DNA of 64,000 bases from Chitinophagales bacterium (GCA_046329515.1 JAXLUM010000001.1:1854329-1918328); one strand, 5' to 3'. Numbered from the stretch's first letter, positions 9,419 to 19,392 are shown. Notes: generated by a model not told the origin, from the letters alone. Translations and numbers: made by a program.

Positions 9419-10570
9419 ATGTATATACCATTTAACAAACCCTTTATTTCGGGCAGGGAACTTGAATTTATATTGGAGGCCGTTAATTCCGGTAAAATTT
9501 CCGGGGACGGAATGTTTACCCGCAAGTGCCACGAGTTTTTTCAGACCAACTATGGTCTCAACAAATGCCTGCTAACTACTTCGTGTACGGATGCATTAGA
9601 AATGGCCGCGATACTAACAAAAATTCAGGAAGGTGATGAAGTAATAATGCCGTCCTACACTTTCGTTTCTACTGCAAATGCATTTAGATTGCGGGGTGCC
9701 AAAATTATTTTTGCTGATAGCCGGAAAGACCACCCGGGGGTTGATGAAGACCAAATTGAAAGCCTTATTACAACCAGAACAAAGGCTATTGTGCCGGTAC
9801 ATTATGCTGGAGTAGCCTGTCAAATGGATAGGATAACAGCATTGGCTAAAAAATACAGTCTGTTTGTAGTGGAAGATGCAGCACAAGCAATTGATTCATA
9901 CTACACGGGTGCAGACGGTAAAAAAAAGGCATTGGGCTCTATTGGTGATTTAGGTGCTTTTTCCTTTCACGAAACGAAGAATGTGATTGCCGGAGAAGGT
10001 GGAATGCTTGCTGTAAATAATAAAGAGTTTGCAGAAAGAAGTGAAATAATCCGGGAAAAAGGAACGAACCGTTCAGCCTTTTTTAGAGGAGAAGTAGATA
10101 AATATGGATGGGTGGATATTGGTAGCTCTTACCTACCATCAGATATAATTGCAGCGTTTTTATACGCGCAATTAGAGAACCTACAACTCATTCAGGAAAG
10201 AAGAAAACAGATATGGGAACTGTATTGGAAGCGTTTGAATCCACTGCAGAATGCTGGGAAAGTGAAGTTGCCCGTTATTCCGGATTACGCCACCAACAAT
10301 GCGCATATGTTCTACTTGGTACTAAACAGCCTCAAGGACAGAACCGGATTGATAGAAGCACTGAAGAAGTATGATATACATGCAGTGTTCCATTATGTTT
10401 CGCTTCATAAAAGCAGCTACTATGTGCAAGGTAAAGAAGCGCAACCCTTGCCCATGGTGGAATTGTATAGCGACCGCTTGTTGCGTCTACCTCTTTTCTT
10501 TGATCTGACGGATGAGCAGGTGAATATGATATCGGATATGATAATAAACTACTTCGGCTTACCTGCTTAG
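9419..10570 (+). CDS. wecE: dTDP-4-amino-4,6-dideoxyhexose (Fuc4N/Qui4N-type) PLP aminotransferase, DegT/WecE family
   Basis: The N-terminus of the 383-aa product, IPFNKPFISGRELEFILEAVNSGKISGDGMFTRKCHEFF...LLTTSCTDALEMAAIL...GDEVIMPSYTFVSTANAF.LRGAKI.F.D, tracks E. coli WecE closely as I recall it. The PLP-lysine motif SFHETKN is present. Confidence 0.85.
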   Translation: MYIPFNKPFISGRELEFILEAVNSGKISGDGMFTRKCHEFFQTNYGLNKCLLTTSCTDALEMAAILTKIQEGDEVIMPSYTFVSTANAFRLRGAKIIFADSRKDHPGVDEDQIESLITTRTKAIVPVHYAGVACQMDRITALAKKYSLFVVEDAAQAIDSYYTGADGKKKALGSIGDLGAFSFHETKNVIAGEGGMLAVNNKEFAERSEIIREKGTNRSAFFRGEVDKYGWVDIGSSYLPSDIIAAFLYAQLENLQLIQERRKQIWELYWKRLNPLQNAGKVKLPVIPDYATNNAHMFYLVLNSLKDRTGLIEALKKYDIHAVFHYVSLHKSSYYVQGKEAQPLPMVELYSDRLLRLPLFFDLTDEQVNMISDMIINYFGLPA

Positions 10571-10591
10571 CCGCCGAACCATGCCAGCAAA

Positions 10592-12133
10592 ATGAAAGAG
10601 AATAAGTGGTTCATAACTATATCCTGGATTGGTGTTTGCACATTATGTACAGCCCTATATACTCTGTTTTTCATCCATACCTTTTACCACGACCGATACA
10701 TAAGCCTCAGTGGCGATGCGGAACAATATGTTGGTTCTGCTGAAAAGCTATATACTAATTTTGAATACTCCTTTTACCGTACGGATGACATGAACTTTCG
10801 TTCGAACAAGATGATAGGTAAGCCTATTGATAAAGGAATATACTACGCTTATCGTACGCCCGGCTATTTGTTCATTTATATGCCTTTGCGTTTTTTGCTC
10901 AACCAAACAAGCACCTTGTATGCCATACTTGTACTACAAGTTCTTGCTGTTTCCATAAGCAAGTACCTGCTCGCCAGAATTTCGCAGAAAATTGCAGGCG
11001 GGACTATTTTCGCATTTCTGACAGTTATGCTCTGTCTGAATGTAATGCCGCAGTTTCATTACTTGTTGATGAGTTTTTTGACAGAACCTTGGGCCATATC
11101 GTTCCTCGTATTTTCAATGGCCTGCTTATTTCTTGTAAAGGAAGAAAAACTAAGCAGCCCAACGATTCTTCTTATAAGTGGCTTTTTTATGATGATAGCC
11201 GTTATGCTTCGGCCTTTTCTCGTTTTCTTCCCTTTGTTTTTATTGGTATGGTTATTCTTTAAGGGAGTAAAAAAAATGTCAATACTCGTGCTGTTTGTAT
11301 TGCCGATCCTATTCGTTGATACTATTTGGTCTGCCCGTAACCTGATTACTGCAGGGGAGTTTATTCCTTTATCTAAAACATTGCAGATTTTTGATTACAG
11401 TCACGAAGGGTTTAATGCGCAACGTGATTTATGCAAAGACCTAGGCACTTCAACGGAATGGTGGAAGCCTGAATCGTTAATATATTGGTTTCATCACCCC
11501 GAGGATGGACGACCGGCCTCTGAAGTTCTGCCTGAAAAATTTCTTGCTGTAAAAGAGAACAGAAGATTGATGGTAGATGCTAAAGCAGCATATACTTTAT
11601 CCAACGATACAAGTGTAAACCTTGAAGAGCGCATACGATTTGAGAAAGAATCGGCCCGGTTAATTAAGATAGCGAATAACCAATTCAAAACAACATACCC
11701 TTTAGACGCCAGTGTTAAAAGCAGACTTACTGTTTTAAAAACCTTTATAGAGATGCCATTGGTAAAACCCTTGATTGGGTTTCGTTACCCCATAAATGTG
11801 CTTACAGTGTTTGCAGAGGCTTTCCTGTATTGGTTTGTAGTGTTAGGCGGATTTATGGCCATATTATTTTACGTTTTTGTAAAACGCAGTGCCGAGGGGA
11901 TGATACTAAGCTTCTTACCTATGTTTATGCTTATACTGTTTGCCTTTGTAATCCGCTTGTGCGAACATAGGGAGCTTTTCATTCCGCATTTTCTGCTTGC
12001 TGCATTAGCCTCTGCGTATGTTGGCAGTGTTTTTAGCATGAAAAAGCTAGAACAAAAATTGGTATGGATAATACCATTTATACCGATTTTATTACTGGCG
12101 GGGTATACAACCAAACGTTCCATCGTTTGGTAA
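10592..12133 (+). CDS. Polytopic membrane protein, probable GT-C fold glycosyltransferase (PMT_2/ArnT-like)
   Basis: The 513-aa product has about 11-13 hydrophobic helices by eye. The first loop motif SGDAEQYVGSAEKLY resembles the acidic D-x-x-x-Y loop of GT39/GT83-type enzymes. It starts 21 nt downstream of wecE. The CDS call is solid; the fold assignment is an inference. Confidence 0.6.
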   Translation: MKENKWFITISWIGVCTLCTALYTLFFIHTFYHDRYISLSGDAEQYVGSAEKLYTNFEYSFYRTDDMNFRSNKMIGKPIDKGIYYAYRTPGYLFIYMPLRFLLNQTSTLYAILVLQVLAVSISKYLLARISQKIAGGTIFAFLTVMLCLNVMPQFHYLLMSFLTEPWAISFLVFSMACLFLVKEEKLSSPTILLISGFFMMIAVMLRPFLVFFPLFLLVWLFFKGVKKMSILVLFVLPILFVDTIWSARNLITAGEFIPLSKTLQIFDYSHEGFNAQRDLCKDLGTSTEWWKPESLIYWFHHPEDGRPASEVLPEKFLAVKENRRLMVDAKAAYTLSNDTSVNLEERIRFEKESARLIKIANNQFKTTYPLDASVKSRLTVLKTFIEMPLVKPLIGFRYPINVLTVFAEAFLYWFVVLGGFMAILFYVFVKRSAEGMILSFLPMFMLILFAFVIRLCEHRELFIPHFLLAALASAYVGSVFSMKKLEQKLVWIIPFIPILLLAGYTTKRSIVW

Positions 12134-12136
12134 ATT

Positions 12137-13201
12137 TTACTTCTTCAGCAACCAGAAGGTAGGATCTTCTTGTTGAGCGTCTTCCAGGCGACGTTGAGCT
12201 TCGTAAAAATGATTGCCTACCGAGTAGCCAATCTTTGTAAGGCGTGCGCCTTTTTCACGGAAGATGATGGAATCAGGAAAGCGCTGTTGCAAACGTTCAA
12301 CAGCTGCATCTATATTTTGGTCCTCACGGAAGGCACCTATAATTACATAGTACGTATGTCCGTTGCCTGAAGTAATTACCGGTTGTTCAACCACCGGATT
12401 TTCTTTCACCTCAACTTCCTCCTTAACGGCCGGCACATTGTTGTCGGCAGTTAAAGTTGGATCTGGTGTTAATGGTAAGGTATCGGTTGAAGTATTGGAC
12501 GTTTCAGTAAACGTATCTTCTGATACTACCTCCTGCTTCTGCTCGACCGGCATAGGATGAAACTCCGGTTCCGGAGTTTTAAAAATGCTGCTTATGGTAT
12601 TGTAGATACCTGCTTCATCTAAGCGCAAGGCTTTTACTTCAACACCCGCCCACATTAGCTGGCCGATAGCCGCCATAGCTATAAGTATTACAATAACGGC
12701 AGCCACCCTCCATTGCTTGCGGCCCGAAACCTGTTTCTTGGTTTCCTGGGTAAACTTTTCGGTAAAGTCTATTTGTTTGCCGCGCAAAACAGGTTCGGCA
12801 ACAATAGTGCGTAAACCATAAGCGGCTTTCAGGTAGTTGGTGGCTTCATCCTGCTGAAACTGCAGATTGCCTTCTATATCAGCATGCAACTTGCCTACGC
12901 GGGCAATGTTTATCTCCTCATTATTGCGCAACAGGGTTTTAGCAGAGCTTACCCAATCGCTTACCAATGAAGAGGCAGTATCAAGGGTCATTTTGCCCTT
13001 TGCTGAGATGTAATTAACCAGCAAGCCATCGTTGGTTTGCAGGTTGCGGTTAAAGGTTATGGCCTTAGTAGGTGGCTGAATAGTATGCAGGATAGGGTGA
13101 ATATCGGCGCTCTTATAATTGCATACCAATCCTCCAAAACCGGGGATGATGATGCAATCGTGCTCAAAGAGCATTTCACTTATGTAAACCGATATATCCA
13201 T
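12137..13201 (-). CDS. HU-CCDC81-like / SPOR domain membrane protein
   Basis: The N-terminal HU-like region contains IIIPGFGGLVCNYKSA and ARVGKLHADIEGNLQFQ. One TM helix (WRVAAVIVILIAMAAIGQLMWAG) is followed by a Pro/Thr/Glu-rich linker and a C-terminal SPOR-like YYVIIGAFREDQNIDAAVERLQ...YSVGNHFYEAQRRLE. The track start at 13210 is TTG; there is an ATG at 13201. Confidence 0.75.
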   Translation of the reverse strand: MDISVYISEMLFEHDCIIIPGFGGLVCNYKSADIHPILHTIQPPTKAITFNRNLQTNDGLLVNYISAKGKMTLDTASSLVSDWVSSAKTLLRNNEEINIARVGKLHADIEGNLQFQQDEATNYLKAAYGLRTIVAEPVLRGKQIDFTEKFTQETKKQVSGRKQWRVAAVIVILIAMAAIGQLMWAGVEVKALRLDEAGIYNTISSIFKTPEPEFHPMPVEQKQEVVSEDTFTETSNTSTDTLPLTPDPTLTADNNVPAVKEEVEVKENPVVEQPVITSGNGHTYYVIIGAFREDQNIDAAVERLQQRFPDSIIFREKGARLTKIGYSVGNHFYEAQRRLEDAQQEDPTFWLLKK

Positions 13202-13405
13202 TTGGAACAACTTTACTCCCCTTGCATGCGAAAAACCGATATGTTCTTCGCTTCACTTATTTACGCAGTGGGGTGCTTTAAGTGTCGAGCGCAAAATAGA
13301 ATTTTTAGGACGCTTAGCTTAACATAGTTAGAAGATTGTGGATAAAAATTGGATAAGTGAAATTTCGGTGAAAGCCATAAATTTCCGCAGTTAAAAATTG
13401 AGCTA

Positions 13406-16400
13406 ATGGCCGGCAAACAGATAAAGAAGTTATTGGTAGCAAACCGTGGTGAAATTGCCATACGCATTTTGCGTGCTGCTTCAGAATTGAGAATAAAAAC
13501 CGTTGCGGTATATACCTATGAGGACCGCTACTCCCTGCACCGCTATAAAGCAGATGAATCCTATCAAATTGGGCCTAACAGCGAACCGCTGAAGCCCTAC
13601 CTAGATATTGAAGAGATAATTCGCGTAGCGAAACAGAATGGCGTTAATGCCATTCACCCCGGTTATGGTTTTTTATCAGAGAATGTAAACCTTGCTAAAC
13701 GTTGTGCGGAAGAAGGGATAATATTTGTTGGCCCGCGCCCTGATGTAATGGAGCAGTTGGGGGATAAGGTTGCAGCTAAGAAAGTAGCACGTGCAGTAGG
13801 CGTGCCTTTAATACCCGATAGCCACATCGCCCTTAAAACTATTGCTGATGCTTTGAATGAGGCGGTACGCATTGGTTACCCGGTAATGCTTAAAGCTGCG
13901 GCAGGTGGTGGTGGCAGAGGTATGCGCGTAGTGCGTAATGAAGAGGAAATGTCAAGGTCATTCCCTGAAGCGCGCAACGAAGCAAAGAAAGCCTTTGGAG
14001 ATGATACCGTTTTTATTGAAAAGTTTGTAGATGACCCTAAGCACATTGAGGTGCAGATATTGGGTGACAACTACGGTAACATTGTGCACCTGTATGAGCG
14101 CGATTGTAGTGTGCAGCGCCGTTTTCAAAAAGTAATTGAAGTAGCACCGAGTATTTTGCCCGAAGAAACGCGGCAGAAGTTATTTGGGTACGCATTAAGT
14201 ATTGCCAAGCATGTAAACTACAACAATGCCGGCACGGTAGAATTTCTGGTAGATAGAGAAGACAACATTTACTTTATTGAGGTTAACCCACGCATACAGG
14301 TAGAGCACACCATTACGGAAGAAATTACCGGTATTGATATTGTGCGTTCGCAGTTGATTATTGCGGCTGGGCACGAACTATCGCACAACCAGATATTCCT
14401 AAAAACGCAGGATGATGTAAAATGCAATGGCTGGGCCATACAATGCCGCGTTACAACCGAAGACCCTGAAAACGATTTTAAACCTGACTACGGAACCATT
14501 GTTGCTTACCGCAATGCCGGTGGCTTTGGTATTCGTTTAGATGAGGGTAGCTCCTACCCCGGTGTAAAAATCTCTCCTTTCTTCGATTCAATGCTGGTGA
14601 AGGTTAGTGCCTGGAGCCGCACTTTGAAAGGAGCAACCGCGAGGCTGAACAGAACATTGCAGGAGTTTAGGATACGTGGGGTAAAAACCAACATTCCCTT
14701 CCTGGTTAATGTGATGGAAAATGAAGAGTTTCAAAGCGGAAAAGCCACAGTAGGATTCATTGCCCGCAATCCGCAATTACTGGTACCGCAATGGGGTTAT
14801 GATAAAGACCGCGGCACAAAACTTATCCGTTACCTGGCTGAATTAAAAGTAAATGGTCACCCGGATGTAAAGTCCTTTGACCCAAATAAAAAATTCAGAA
14901 CACCGGTAGTGCCAACCTTTGACCCACTGGCTGAATACCCTAAGAGTTATAAAAACCTGTTAGATGAATTGGGCCGCGATAAATTTCTGGAATACATAAA
15001 GAGCGGCCAACGCCTATATACTTTGGACGGAAATAAGAATGGGGTTCTATATACGGACACTACTTTCCGCGATGCGCATCAATCTTTGTTCGCAACCCGA
15101 CTGCGCAATACCGATATGTTGGCTGTTGCCGAAGGCATGGCGAAAAATCATCCTGAAATTTTTAGTATGGAAGTTTGGGGAGGTGCCACCTTTGACGTAT
15201 GCATGCGCTTTTTGCATGAAGACCCCTGGGAGCGTTTGCGTTTACTGCGCCGCGCTATGCCTAATATGCTGTTGCAAATGTTGTTTAGAGGTAGCAACGC
15301 CGTAGGTTATGCTGCTTACCCTGATAACCTGATTGAAAAGTTCATTGAAAAGAGTGCAGAGAATGGCATCGACATCTTCCGCATTTTCGATTCGCTGAAT
15401 TGGTTGGATGGCATGAAAATGAGCATACGCACTGTGCGCGAGAAAACCAATTCACTAGCCGAAGCCTGCATTTGTTACACCGGGGATATAATGAACCCGC
15501 AACGGCAAAAGTTTAACCTGAATTACTATGTGGAGCTAGCGAAACAACTGGAAGGCGAAGGTGCGCATTTGTTAGGCATTAAAGATATGGCCGGCTTGCT
15601 GAAACCCTACGCTGCAGAAGCTTTGGTTGGTGAGTTAAAAAAACACATCAAAATTCCTATTCACCTGCATACGCATGATACGTCGTCTCTACAAGCAGCT
15701 ACCTATTTAAAAGCTGTTGAGGCCGGTGTAGATGCCATTGATGTGGCTTTAGCCTCCATGAGCGGGTTGACCTCTCAACCCAATTTTAACTCGGTAGTGG
15801 CTATGATGAAAGGCCACAAGCGCGAAACGCCGGTGAACTTAAAATCGCTGAATAGTTATAGCAACTACTTTGAAGTGGTGCGCGAATATTATTACCCTTT
15901 TGAAAGTGAATTAAAAGCCGGCACAGCGGAAGTGTATGAGCATGAAATACCGGGCGGCCAATACAGTAACCTGTTACCACAGGCGCGCTCATTGGGTTTA
16001 GAAGATAAGTTTGAAACCATTAAACATAACTATGAAGTAGTAAACCAGTTGTTTGGTGATATAGTTAAGGTTACGCCATCATCTAAAGTAGTGGGCGATA
16101 TGGCGCTGTTTATGACGTCAAATGGCTTAAGTGTTGAGGATGTGTTTGCAAAAGGCGATGTACTCTCCTTTCCTGATTCGGTAAAACAGATGTTCCGTGG
16201 CGATTTAGGGCAGCCTTATGGCGGCTGGCCCAAAGAGTTACAGAAGATAATATTAAAAGATATTATACCGTATACCGATAAGCCCAATGCCCACCTTGGC
16301 CCTATAGACTTTGAACGTGAACTGGCAGAATTCAAAAATAAATATGACGACAAGGTAACGATGGAAGATTTCCTTAGTTACAAGATGTACCCAAAAGTGT

Positions 16401-16879
16401 GGGATGAGTTCTACAACTTTAAAAAGCACTTTGGCGATGTGCAGTATTTGCCAACACCGGCCTTCTATTATCCTATGAAGTCCAACGAGGAGATAATTAT
16501 TTCCATTGAGCCGGGTAAGAACCTGTTGGTGCGCTTTATGTATTTAGGCGAGCCGAACGAAGATGGCATGCGAGATATCTTCTTTAAAATAAACGGCCAA
16601 ACCCGTAGCATAAGCATGCGCGATACAAGCATTAAGGTATCGAAGCAGGACCATTACAAGGCTAAGGCTGCAAATGAACTAGGCGCACCCTTACAAGGCA
16701 AACTGGTTAAGGTGCATGTAAAGGAAGGTGAAGAAGTAAGCAAAAACCAACCCCTGTTTGTTATTGAGGCCATGAAGATGGAAAGCACCATTACCGCGCC
16801 TGCTGCAGGTAAAGTGAAAAAGGTTTACCTGAATGAAGGCATAATGGTGGAACAGGACGATTGTGTGGTGGTGTTGTAA
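13406..16879 (+). CDS. pyc: Pyruvate carboxylase, single-chain
   Basis: The 1157-aa product has an N-terminal biotin carboxylase ATP-grasp domain (KAAAGGGGRGMRVV), a central HMGL-like carboxyltransferase and a C-terminal biotinyl-lysine motif (IEAMKME). Confidence 0.95.
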   Translation: MAGKQIKKLLVANRGEIAIRILRAASELRIKTVAVYTYEDRYSLHRYKADESYQIGPNSEPLKPYLDIEEIIRVAKQNGVNAIHPGYGFLSENVNLAKRCAEEGIIFVGPRPDVMEQLGDKVAAKKVARAVGVPLIPDSHIALKTIADALNEAVRIGYPVMLKAAAGGGGRGMRVVRNEEEMSRSFPEARNEAKKAFGDDTVFIEKFVDDPKHIEVQILGDNYGNIVHLYERDCSVQRRFQKVIEVAPSILPEETRQKLFGYALSIAKHVNYNNAGTVEFLVDREDNIYFIEVNPRIQVEHTITEEITGIDIVRSQLIIAAGHELSHNQIFLKTQDDVKCNGWAIQCRVTTEDPENDFKPDYGTIVAYRNAGGFGIRLDEGSSYPGVKISPFFDSMLVKVSAWSRTLKGATARLNRTLQEFRIRGVKTNIPFLVNVMENEEFQSGKATVGFIARNPQLLVPQWGYDKDRGTKLIRYLAELKVNGHPDVKSFDPNKKFRTPVVPTFDPLAEYPKSYKNLLDELGRDKFLEYIKSGQRLYTLDGNKNGVLYTDTTFRDAHQSLFATRLRNTDMLAVAEGMAKNHPEIFSMEVWGGATFDVCMRFLHEDPWERLRLLRRAMPNMLLQMLFRGSNAVGYAAYPDNLIEKFIEKSAENGIDIFRIFDSLNWLDGMKMSIRTVREKTNSLAEACICYTGDIMNPQRQKFNLNYYVELAKQLEGEGAHLLGIKDMAGLLKPYAAEALVGELKKHIKIPIHLHTHDTSSLQAATYLKAVEAGVDAIDVALASMSGLTSQPNFNSVVAMMKGHKRETPVNLKSLNSYSNYFEVVREYYYPFESELKAGTAEVYEHEIPGGQYSNLLPQARSLGLEDKFETIKHNYEVVNQLFGDIVKVTPSSKVVGDMALFMTSNGLSVEDVFAKGDVLSFPDSVKQMFRGDLGQPYGGWPKELQKIILKDIIPYTDKPNAHLGPIDFERELAEFKNKYDDKVTMEDFLSYKMYPKVWDEFYNFKKHFGDVQYLPTPAFYYPMKSNEEIIISIEPGKNLLVRFMYLGEPNEDGMRDIFFKINGQTRSISMRDTSIKVSKQDHYKAKAANELGAPLQGKLVKVHVKEGEEVSKNQPLFVIEAMKMESTITAPAAGKVKKVYLNEGIMVEQDDCVVVL

Positions 16880-16882
16880 GAG

Positions 16883-17596
16883 ATGAAAACTTTAGGACTA
16901 ATAGGCGGCACCGGATGGGTTAGCACCCTTGAATATTATCGCTTGATAAATCAGGGCGTTAATGCTGTATTAGGTGGTAACAACGCAGCTAAGTTGTTTC
17001 TCTATTCTGTAAATTATCATGAGTTCCGCGCTTATAACGATAATAAGCAGTGGCCTAATGCTGAAGGCATACTTTGCGATGCAGCACGCAAACTGGAAAG
17101 CGTAGGCGCTGAATGTATTGTGATTTGCGCCAACACCCTGCACCGTTCTGCTAAAGCTATTCAGGCTTCCGTTGGTATACCCGTTATACATATAGCCGAG
17201 GTAGTGGCTGCTGCCATTAAAAAGCAAAACCTGAACACCGTTGCCTTGCTCGGCACTAAGGGCACCATGGAGGAAGACTTCTTTAAAGATATACTGGCGG
17301 CTAACGGCATTAAGGCGTTAATACCTGATGATGCCGACCGCAACTTCATCCATTACACCATTTTTGAGGAATTGGGTAAAGAGATTTTTACAGTTGAAAC
17401 AAAGCAACGTTACCTCAACATCATAAATCAATTAGTGCAAAAGGGGGCGCAAGGTGTAATATTAGGTTGCACTGAAATTCCACTATTGATTAAACCGGAA
17501 GAGTGCCCAGTACCTGCCTTCGATACATTGGAACTGCATGTTAAGGCAGCAGTAGAATTTGCACTATCGGATATGGCAGCAAATAAATCCGCCTGA
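16883..17596 (+). CDS. Aspartate/glutamate racemase family protein
   Basis: The 237-aa product begins LGLIGGTGWVST and carries two catalytic-Cys motifs (VICANTLH and ILGCTEIPLL) typical of Asp/Glu racemases. Confidence 0.85.
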   Translation: MKTLGLIGGTGWVSTLEYYRLINQGVNAVLGGNNAAKLFLYSVNYHEFRAYNDNKQWPNAEGILCDAARKLESVGAECIVICANTLHRSAKAIQASVGIPVIHIAEVVAAAIKKQNLNTVALLGTKGTMEEDFFKDILAANGIKALIPDDADRNFIHYTIFEELGKEIFTVETKQRYLNIINQLVQKGAQGVILGCTEIPLLIKPEECPVPAFDTLELHVKAAVEFALSDMAANKSA

Positions 17597-18498
17597 TGCG
17601 CAGCTTACTGATAGCTGCACTGCTCTTCGGCGGTTTAGTAAAAGCACAAGTAGCCAATGTACCAGCAGCATTCGAACGGATTGCAGAAAAGCCCACGGCC
17701 ATAACCTATAATGCCGGTCAAAACCATTTACCGAAAGGTGGGCACATACAAGGCATACAAGAATATGTAGCAGATAGCTCAACTTACATTGTGCTTACCG
17801 GTAGCAGCAGTAGTTATTCCTACTACTTAAGCTCCGGAGAAGGATGGCAAACCCAATGGGGTTACCGCTACTCCCCTGCTGTTCGCAAACTGTTTGATAG
17901 TCCGTTACGGCATGCCGGTGGCTGCCAGATACATGGCAAATGGCTGGCCGTAGGTATTGAGGATAACATAGGTAAGAGCGAATCGATAATTGCTTTGATA
18001 GACTTAAGCAATGGCAAAGTGGATACCGTATTAGAACGCAAAGGAACTTATAAGCGTAGCACTGCGGGAGCGGTTGGGTATACCAAAACCGTTGATGAAA
18101 CGCAATGGATAGCTGTGGGCGATTGGGATTCCAGGCATATTGACTTTTACCAATACCATATAGCAACACACCACTTCTATTGGGTAGGGACTTATACTGC
18201 AACTACTGCCAACTGGCCGGCTTTTCAATCTATTAACTTAGTAAGCGACAGCGCCGGAAAGCTGTTCCTGCTGGGTTTTAGCCTATATCAAGGTAAAAAC
18301 AGGGCAGATTTGTTCCAGGTAAACTTCGAGAACGGTGTAGAACTGAAACTCATCAGCACACGCTATTTCAAATGTGAAAATGGCACAGGATTCCGCTTTG
18401 GAGCAGGCGTAGTTATAAAAGAAGATGCGTTAAGTATTATCGCCTCCGCACGCAACTTAAAGAAGCGCAACAAAGCCAATATCTTTTCAGAAAAATAA
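17596..18498 (+). CDS. Secreted hypothetical protein
   Basis: The 300-aa product has a signal peptide (MRSLLIAALLFGGLVKAQ). I recognised no family. The start overlaps the racemase stop (TGATG). Confidence 0.7.
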   Translation: MRSLLIAALLFGGLVKAQVANVPAAFERIAEKPTAITYNAGQNHLPKGGHIQGIQEYVADSSTYIVLTGSSSSYSYYLSSGEGWQTQWGYRYSPAVRKLFDSPLRHAGGCQIHGKWLAVGIEDNIGKSESIIALIDLSNGKVDTVLERKGTYKRSTAGAVGYTKTVDETQWIAVGDWDSRHIDFYQYHIATHHFYWVGTYTATTANWPAFQSINLVSDSAGKLFLLGFSLYQGKNRADLFQVNFENGVELKLISTRYFKCENGTGFRFGAGVVIKEDALSIIASARNLKKRNKANIFSEK

Positions 18499-18503
18499 TT
18501 GAA

Positions 18504-19160
18504 CTATCCATTGCCTTTCTTGTAATCAGCCAAAAATTTCTCCAAGCCGATATCTGTAAGCGGATGGTTGAACAAACCGGTAATAGATGAAAGTGGACAA
18601 GTGGCAATATCAGCACCGGCTTCAGCACATTTTACAATATGCAGCGATGAACGTATAGAGGCAGCCAGCACTTCGGTGCGGTAGCCATAGGTAGAATATA
18701 TATGAACAATTTGCTCAATAAGTTGAACACCATCCCAATTGCTGTCGTCAATACGGCCTATAAAAGGTGAAACCATTGAAGCGCCTGCTTTGGCCGCCAA
18801 TATTGCCTGCGCTGCCGAGAATACAAGCGTGCAGTTTGTTTTTATGCCGTTATCAGTAAACCACTTAATAGCCTTAACACCTTCGCGTATCATAGGCACT
18901 TTTACCACAATGTTGGGATGAAGGGCAGCCAGTTTCTTGCCTTCTTCCACCATACCTTTAAAATCGGTAGAAATAACCTCTGCGCTTACAGGGCCATTTA
19001 CCACACTGCAAATCTTCAGGTAGTGGTCAATGATATTTTGCTGGCCGGTAATGCCTTCTTTCGCCATTAAAGAGGGGTTAGTGGTAACGCCATCTAAAAT
19101 GCCCATTGCGGCGGCTTCTTCTATTTCTGAAAGTTTTGCGGTATCAATGAAAAATTTCAT
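18504..19160 (-). CDS. fsa: Fructose-6-phosphate aldolase / transaldolase subfamily 3B
   Basis: The 218-aa product contains MKFFIDTA...GVTTNPSL, the VVKVP Schiff-base lysine region and SPFIGR, matching the short TalC/Fsa type. Confidence 0.9.
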   Translation of the reverse strand: MKFFIDTAKLSEIEEAAAMGILDGVTTNPSLMAKEGITGQQNIIDHYLKICSVVNGPVSAEVISTDFKGMVEEGKKLAALHPNIVVKVPMIREGVKAIKWFTDNGIKTNCTLVFSAAQAILAAKAGASMVSPFIGRIDDSNWDGVQLIEQIVHIYSTYGYRTEVLAASIRSSLHIVKCAEAGADIATCPLSSITGLFNHPLTDIGLEKFLADYKKGNG

Positions 19161-19289
19161 GGTGCTTGCTGCTGTTTTTACTGAGTCTGTAATTGGATTT
19201 GCAAAGCTAAAATGAAATTAGCCTTCGTATTGCTAACGATTATTAATCCACAGTTGTTAAAAGCTAAAATGCTGAAGGAGAGAAAAAAA

Positions 19290-19392
19290 AGTGGGCAAGT
19301 TACCCATATCGCACCGCTCAACCGCTTACCTTTGCTCGGTTTCCCGCCTGGAGGAGTGAGCAGGAGCTGGTCGTACGGGGCTCGCCCGGCGC
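19290..19392 (-). ncRNA. ffs: Signal recognition particle RNA (small bacterial 4.5S type)
   Basis: The minus-strand RNA reads GCGCCGGGCGAGCCCCGUACGACCAGCUCCUGCUCACUCCUCCAGGCGGGAAACCGAGCAAAGGUAAGCGGUUGAGCGGUGCGAUAUGGGUAACUUGCCCAC and is followed by U8. The core CCAGG-CGG-GAAA-CCG-AGCA-AAGG parallels E. coli 4.5S CCAGGUCAGGUCCGGAAGGAAGCAGCCAAGG (GNRA loop plus AGCA). The 5' GGGCGAG pairs with the 3' CUUGCCC. The exact ends are uncertain by a few nt. Confidence 0.65.
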
